A stretch of 64,000 nt of DNA from a virus, in the IMG/VR virus record IMGVR_UViG_3300023174_000110, positions 27,561 to 91,560 of that record, one strand, 5' to 3'. Shown piece by piece: positions 59,432 through 64,000 of this stretch (position 1 is the stretch's first letter; every line of letters begins with the position of its first letter). Position numbers and translations under genes: made by a program. The notes beneath the pieces were generated by a model. The model was not told the origin of the DNA. It did not search any database and worked only from the letters and a program-made list of their open reading frames with translations.

Positions 59432-60100
59432 ATGCCTCGCAACATTAACGATTTTAAAGCTAGTTTTACAAAAGACCTAGCAAGAGCAAACAGGTTTGAT
59501 GTAAACATTCCTATTCCTTTAACTTTGATACCATATATTAAATCGGCTAGAAATTTGATATATCGTTGTGAAAATGCCAATTTACCCGGTAGAAGTTTAA
59601 TGACTGTTGAACAAAAAATTGGATCAAATCCTGTTGAAAAATATCCATACTTAACTGGTTATAATGACATTGATTTGACCTTTATTGTTGATGGTGATAT
59701 GCAACAGAAAATATTTTTTGATGCTTGGATGAATTTTATTAATCCAACGTATAATTATAATTTTAGGTATAAAAGTGATTATGCAACTACAATACAAGTC
59801 AATCAATATGATTTAGAAAATAAAATATCATATTCAGTTAATTTATTTGATGCTTTTCCAATTTCAATGAATCAATTAGATTTGGATTGGTCATCGGACA
59901 ACCCACATAAACTTTCAGTAACTTTTGCATACACCCGTTGGAATAACAACTCTCTACAATCATTTGGCATGGAATTGGTAGATGCTGGCCTTGCCAATTT
60001 CTCCGATGTGGTTGGTGGTTTGGGTGGAAATGCTCAAGGAGCTTTAAGTGCAGCTGGACAATCGATAGTAAACAACATACAAAATACCATATTCAAGTGA
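59432..60100 (+). CDS. gp54: Baseplate tail-tube initiator (gp19-fold)
   Basis: LAR.NRF.V, C....LPG, DAFP....L.W, VTFAY. Confidence 0.75.
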   Translation: MPRNINDFKASFTKDLARANRFDVNIPIPLTLIPYIKSARNLIYRCENANLPGRSLMTVEQKIGSNPVEKYPYLTGYNDIDLTFIVDGDMQQKIFFDAWMNFINPTYNYNFRYKSDYATTIQVNQYDLENKISYSVNLFDAFPISMNQLDLDWSSDNPHKLSVTFAYTRWNNNSLQSFGMELVDAGLANFSDVVGGLGGNAQGALSAAGQSIVNNIQNTIFK

Positions 60101-60120
60101 TTTTATTAAGGAGATAAATT

Positions 60121-60846
60121 ATGGCTTTACCAAAACTTGACGTGCCAACATATGAAATAGAATTGCCATTATCAAAAAAGAAAATTAAATACAGACCATT
60201 TTTAGTTAAAGAACAAAGAAATCTATTAATGGCCATTGAATCCAATGAAACTTCCACGATTCACCAAAACGTAAAAGATATTCTTTATAATTGTACATTG
60301 ACAGAGGGTATTGATATTGAAAAATTGCCAATTATAGATGTCGAATATTATTTTGTTAACCTTCGTGCCAAGTCAGTAGGTGAGATTGTTGAATCAAAAT
60401 ACAAATGTAATAATGAAGTGGATGGTAAAATGTGTGGCAATTTAATGGAAAAAGATATTAATCTACTTGATTTAAAAGTTCAAAGAGATGAAACCATTTC
60501 AGATGAAATTAAATTGACCGATACAATTTCTATTAAATTAAAGTATCCAGAATTTAGTATCGTACAAGATTCCATCAAGTATGAAAATATTACAGAAACC
60601 ACCTTTAATATGATTGCCAATTCAATTGAATATATTTACGATGGTGAACAATTTTATTACGGAAACGAAGCACAACCAGGTGAAATGTTGGAATTTGTTG
60701 AAGGCATGAATCAGGCTCAGTTTGCTAAAGTAGAGAATTTTTTTAATAATTTACCAAAACTAAAAGAAATAATTGAAATTGATTGCTCAAAGTGTGGGTT
60801 TCATCATAAAATAGAAGTAGAAGGCCTAGAAAGTTTTTTCGGCTAA
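60121..60846 (+). CDS. gp26: Baseplate hub assembly protein
   Basis: LP....P.Y...LP, YRPFLVKE, LRAKSVGE, C..CG, EGL.SFF; AAGGAG SD. Confidence 0.9.
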   Translation: MALPKLDVPTYEIELPLSKKKIKYRPFLVKEQRNLLMAIESNETSTIHQNVKDILYNCTLTEGIDIEKLPIIDVEYYFVNLRAKSVGEIVESKYKCNNEVDGKMCGNLMEKDINLLDLKVQRDETISDEIKLTDTISIKLKYPEFSIVQDSIKYENITETTFNMIANSIEYIYDGEQFYYGNEAQPGEMLEFVEGMNQAQFAKVENFFNNLPKLKEIIEIDCSKCGFHHKIEVEGLESFFG

Positions 60847-61028
60847 TTTTTCGTCATGACAATCTGAGTAATTATTACAAGACAAACTTTTCATTGATAC
60901 AACACCACAAATATAGTTTGTCAGAGCTTGAAAATATGATGCCTTGGGAACGTGACATTTACGTTTCTATGTTGATTGCGTATATTGAAGAAGAAAACCA
61001 AAAGATACGAGAGAAACAAAGAAAATAG
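60840..61028 (+). CDS. gp51: gp51-like hub assembly chaperone segment, probably reached by -1 frameshift from gp26
   Basis: Not in ORF track. Reads RLIFRHDNLSNYYKTNFSLIQHHKYSLSELENMMPWERDIYVSMLIAYIEEENQKIREKQRK*; no in-frame ATG before the conserved region. Confidence 0.8.
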   Translation, partial: RLIFRHDNLSNYYKTNFSLIQHHKYSLSELENMMPWERDIYVSMLIAYIEEENQKIREKQRK

Positions 61029-61031
61029 TAA

Positions 61032-62582
61032 ATGGACTATTACAAAGCTAAAGACATCAGAAAACAAGGTTTAATATCTTTGATGGCCGAAAGGTTATCA
61101 TCTGGCGTTGGCACGGGTTCTGCCATTGGTGGATCAATTAGTGATAAAACAAAAGCCACCTTTACTGGAATTAAACAACGATTCGATCCTTTAAACATTG
61201 CCAGAGTTGTAACTGGCGGCTCAAAATTTGCTCCCGCTTTACTTGGTGCTCTAACAGGAAGAAGTAAACGAGATATTGGTTTCTTTACTGGCAAGAAAAA
61301 ACGTGAGTTTGCAAATCTAAAAAATTCTCCAGTTCAAAATTCTAACCAGTTTGCTCAATATCTTGGCCAAATTTATAATTTATTAATGAAAATTGAGAAT
61401 GACAGAAAATTGGAATTGGACGAAAGGCAAAGACAAAAAGAAGAAAGTGAGTTTGAAGAAGATCGTAGAAATCAAGCTTTGATTGAAGCATTGACTGCAA
61501 GAAAAAAACCAAAAGTAACAAGAAAACAAACAAAAAAATTAGATGATGCCAATAAAAAAGTTGGCCAAGAAAAAAAGAAAACGGATCAATTAGGTAAACC
61601 AAAAGAAGAACCAGTTACACCACCTAAAGAAGTAACTAAACCAACAGTACCCGCACCACAACCAACTCCTACTGCACCAGCACCTACACCTAAACCAACA
61701 CCAACAGCAAAACCTCCTGTTACACCAGCACCTAAACCACCTACGGCAGGTAAGATTGGTGGAGGAGCGATATTAGCCGGCGGTGCAATTGCTGGTACTG
61801 CCGCTTTAGTTGGTAAAGAATCTCTTGCGGCCAATATTTCGAAATATGAAAGTGGTAAAGCAGGTTATAATGCTTACAATAAAGGTACAGTAGGTAACAG
61901 AATGATACCTTCGGATAAACCAATTGATTTTAGTAAAATGACCATCTCTGAATTTTTAAGACGGGGTGAATTAAAACAAGGTGATCCGGACAGGCTTTTT
62001 GCTGTTGGTAAATATCAAATAATTCCAACAACAATGAAAGATTTAATTAAACAATTAAAAATAGATCCCGATACAACATATTTGGATCCAGCCACTCAAG
62101 ATTTACTTTTTACCAATGGTCTTGTTGGCCAAAGAAGAAAAAAAGTAGATGCATATGTGAAAGGCCAAAGTGATGACCGTGATGGTGCTATATTAGAATT
62201 GGCTAAAGAGTTTGCTTCGGTCGGCATACCCTATGACATGGATGTTGGTAAGAAAAAATTAAGAAAAGGTGATTCTTATTACTCTGGTATAGGCGGTAAC
62301 GTAGCACACAATTCACCAGAGCAGGTGGGTGCTGCATTAGATGCTGATAGATTAAAAAATATGCAAGGTAATAAATCAAGTGCTGTACCATCTGTACCAA
62401 CTGGTAATAAAATTGACTCCGACACAAAAGAAAACATGGGATTAAAAAAATCAATGCAACAATCTCCAGTGATTAACAAAAGTGTAAATAATACCAATGT
62501 AAATAACAAAACGGTATCAGATAAAGATCCCGAAAAAGAAGATGACACGAATCCTTTGATTAAGAAAGCTAGATCAACATGA
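61032..62582 (+). CDS. Tape-measure-like protein A with Pro-rich linker and lysozyme-like domain
   Basis: Follows gp26/gp51; ES...YN, A.G.YQ.IP.T, P.TQD, EFAS motifs of lambda-lysozyme-like muramidases. Confidence 0.65.
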   Translation: MDYYKAKDIRKQGLISLMAERLSSGVGTGSAIGGSISDKTKATFTGIKQRFDPLNIARVVTGGSKFAPALLGALTGRSKRDIGFFTGKKKREFANLKNSPVQNSNQFAQYLGQIYNLLMKIENDRKLELDERQRQKEESEFEEDRRNQALIEALTARKKPKVTRKQTKKLDDANKKVGQEKKKTDQLGKPKEEPVTPPKEVTKPTVPAPQPTPTAPAPTPKPTPTAKPPVTPAPKPPTAGKIGGGAILAGGAIAGTAALVGKESLAANISKYESGKAGYNAYNKGTVGNRMIPSDKPIDFSKMTISEFLRRGELKQGDPDRLFAVGKYQIIPTTMKDLIKQLKIDPDTTYLDPATQDLLFTNGLVGQRRKKVDAYVKGQSDDRDGAILELAKEFASVGIPYDMDVGKKKLRKGDSYYSGIGGNVAHNSPEQVGAALDADRLKNMQGNKSSAVPSVPTGNKIDSDTKENMGLKKSMQQSPVINKSVNNTNVNNKTVSDKDPEKEDDTNPLIKKARST

Positions 62583-63958
62583 ACTATCAAGAAGCCAAAA
62601 AGATAAGAGAAAAATCTTACATATCATATTTGACCGAAAAATTATCGGAAGGTCAAGGCGTTGGCTCGGCTATAAAAGCCACTTTGTCTGATAAATCAAA
62701 AGCAAGGTCTAAAGGTTTTAGTGAAAAGTTTGATGTATTGAATATTGCTAAATTTATGACAGGCGGTTCTAAATTTGCTCCTGCTTTGCTTGGTAGTATG
62801 TTAGGTAGAACACAACAAGATATTCAATATTTTTCTGGTACGAAAAAAGCAAAAGAAGTTGGTGGCTCAGCTACAAAAATTGGTCAATTGGAATCGGATT
62901 CAAATGTATTGGATATTCTTTCCAAGATATACACTCTATTAAAAACGACAGATGAAAATGATACTTTACGTAGAGAAAAAGAAAATAGTTTTAAAGAAGA
63001 AGAACAATCTGAAAAAGAAAGAAGGCACAAAGCTTTAATCGAAGCCATCACAGGCAAAAAACAAACAACCACGGCTGCACCAACAGCAACAAAAGCCGAT
63101 GATGGTTCTGGTTTATTATCAACCATATTGGGTATAGTAACAGGTATGATTGGTGATGCAATCAAAGGTGTGATGTCAATTATATCAGGTATTACTAGTT
63201 TTATTTCAATGATCACGTCTGCATTTGGAGGTTTAGCTTCAATTGGTAAATTATTATTTGGCCTTGGAAGATTTTTAATGTTTAATCCTGTTGGTCTAGC
63301 CATTCTTGCTGGCGTAGGAATAGGATATGCTATTTGGAAAATAATAAAATCTGAACCTAGTGAAGAAGCTAAAGCTGAAGCCGCAGGAATAGCACAGGCT
63401 GAAAAGGTTGGTGGTTTAGCTGGTGTTAAAAATGAAATGGATCGCCGTAAAAAATTACCAGAATATGACAGAACAATGGCAGAAATACAAGATTATCAAT
63501 TCAATTATAATGAAAGTGTACCATTAAACAATGTTCAATTAAAAGGTTTTGCTGAGAGAGGACCTGGAGCTTTAGAGGCTGTTGAAGATTATAAAATGGA
63601 AAGAGATAGAGTTAAAAAGGCTATTGCTGAGCAAAATCAAACAGCATCGCCTGTACCGGTAACACCAACAGCACAACCAAGTGATTCAACCGAAAAACCA
63701 ATGGTGCCTAGCCAAGAATCAAAACCACAAGCAATGGAACCAATGGCGTCCACTACGAATAAATTAAATACTGTAACCAGTGAAAATTTAGAATTAAACT
63801 TACCAAGCACTCCTGAATCTGTTATCAATTCACAAATCATAAACAATACAAACGTAAATTCAGTCAAGAGCCAGAAACCAAAAGGACCTATTCCGTCAGT
63901 AAGAAATATGGAAGATTCTTTTCAGAGAATGTTATCCAACAGTTTACGAGTTGTATAA
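62579..63958 (+). CDS. Tape-measure-like protein B with hydrophobic helices
   Basis: N-terminus paralogous to 61032..62582; hydrophobic stretch ending FNPVGLAILAGVGIGYAIW. Confidence 0.6.
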   Translation: MNYQEAKKIREKSYISYLTEKLSEGQGVGSAIKATLSDKSKARSKGFSEKFDVLNIAKFMTGGSKFAPALLGSMLGRTQQDIQYFSGTKKAKEVGGSATKIGQLESDSNVLDILSKIYTLLKTTDENDTLRREKENSFKEEEQSEKERRHKALIEAITGKKQTTTAAPTATKADDGSGLLSTILGIVTGMIGDAIKGVMSIISGITSFISMITSAFGGLASIGKLLFGLGRFLMFNPVGLAILAGVGIGYAIWKIIKSEPSEEAKAEAAGIAQAEKVGGLAGVKNEMDRRKKLPEYDRTMAEIQDYQFNYNESVPLNNVQLKGFAERGPGALEAVEDYKMERDRVKKAIAEQNQTASPVPVTPTAQPSDSTEKPMVPSQESKPQAMEPMASTTNKLNTVTSENLELNLPSTPESVINSQIINNTNVNSVKSQKPKGPIPSVRNMEDSFQRMLSNSLRVV

Positions 63959-63960
63959 TA

Positions 63961-64000
63961 ACCAATAAAAAACCCCGCTTAAGCGGGGTTTTTTATTGGT
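63961..64000. terminator. Bidirectional rho-independent terminator
   Basis: AAAAAACCCCGC-TTAA-GCGGGGTTTTTT directly after the last stop codon. Confidence 0.85.

Overview
AT-rich late (virion morphogenesis) module of a large T4-like myovirus (Tevenvirinae/Kyanoviridae-type organisation); the host cannot be determined from this window. The minus-strand operons run gp48-gp53-hub-gp5(split)-ORF-glycosyltransferase-three collagen-like genes-gp25-gp6-gp7-fibre-gp8-VrlC/DUF4815-like, then about 20 fibre/adaptor genes, then gp13-gp14-gp15-gp16-gp17 (truncated by the left edge). A divergent plus-strand operon carries gp4-gp2-gp54-gp26/gp51 and two tape-measure-like paralogues, ending in a palindromic terminator. 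Most notable: (1) short C-terminal peptide motifs in fibre genes are repeatedly followed by a gene with a matching N-terminal domain, suggesting a modular plug-and-socket fibre assembly system; (2) a GT4 glycosyltransferase lies directly upstream of Thr-rich Gly-X-Thr collagen fibres, one ending in a C1q-like head, suggesting a glycosylated BclA-like virion fibre; (3) a start-less gp51-like frame is joined to gp26 by a T TTT TTC slippery site (candidate -1 frameshift like lambda G/GT); (4) gp5 is split into two genes and has an HxH spike tip; (5) two tape-measure-like paralogues appear specialised, one with a muramidase and one with membrane helices. All family assignments come from recalled motifs and synteny; no searches were run.
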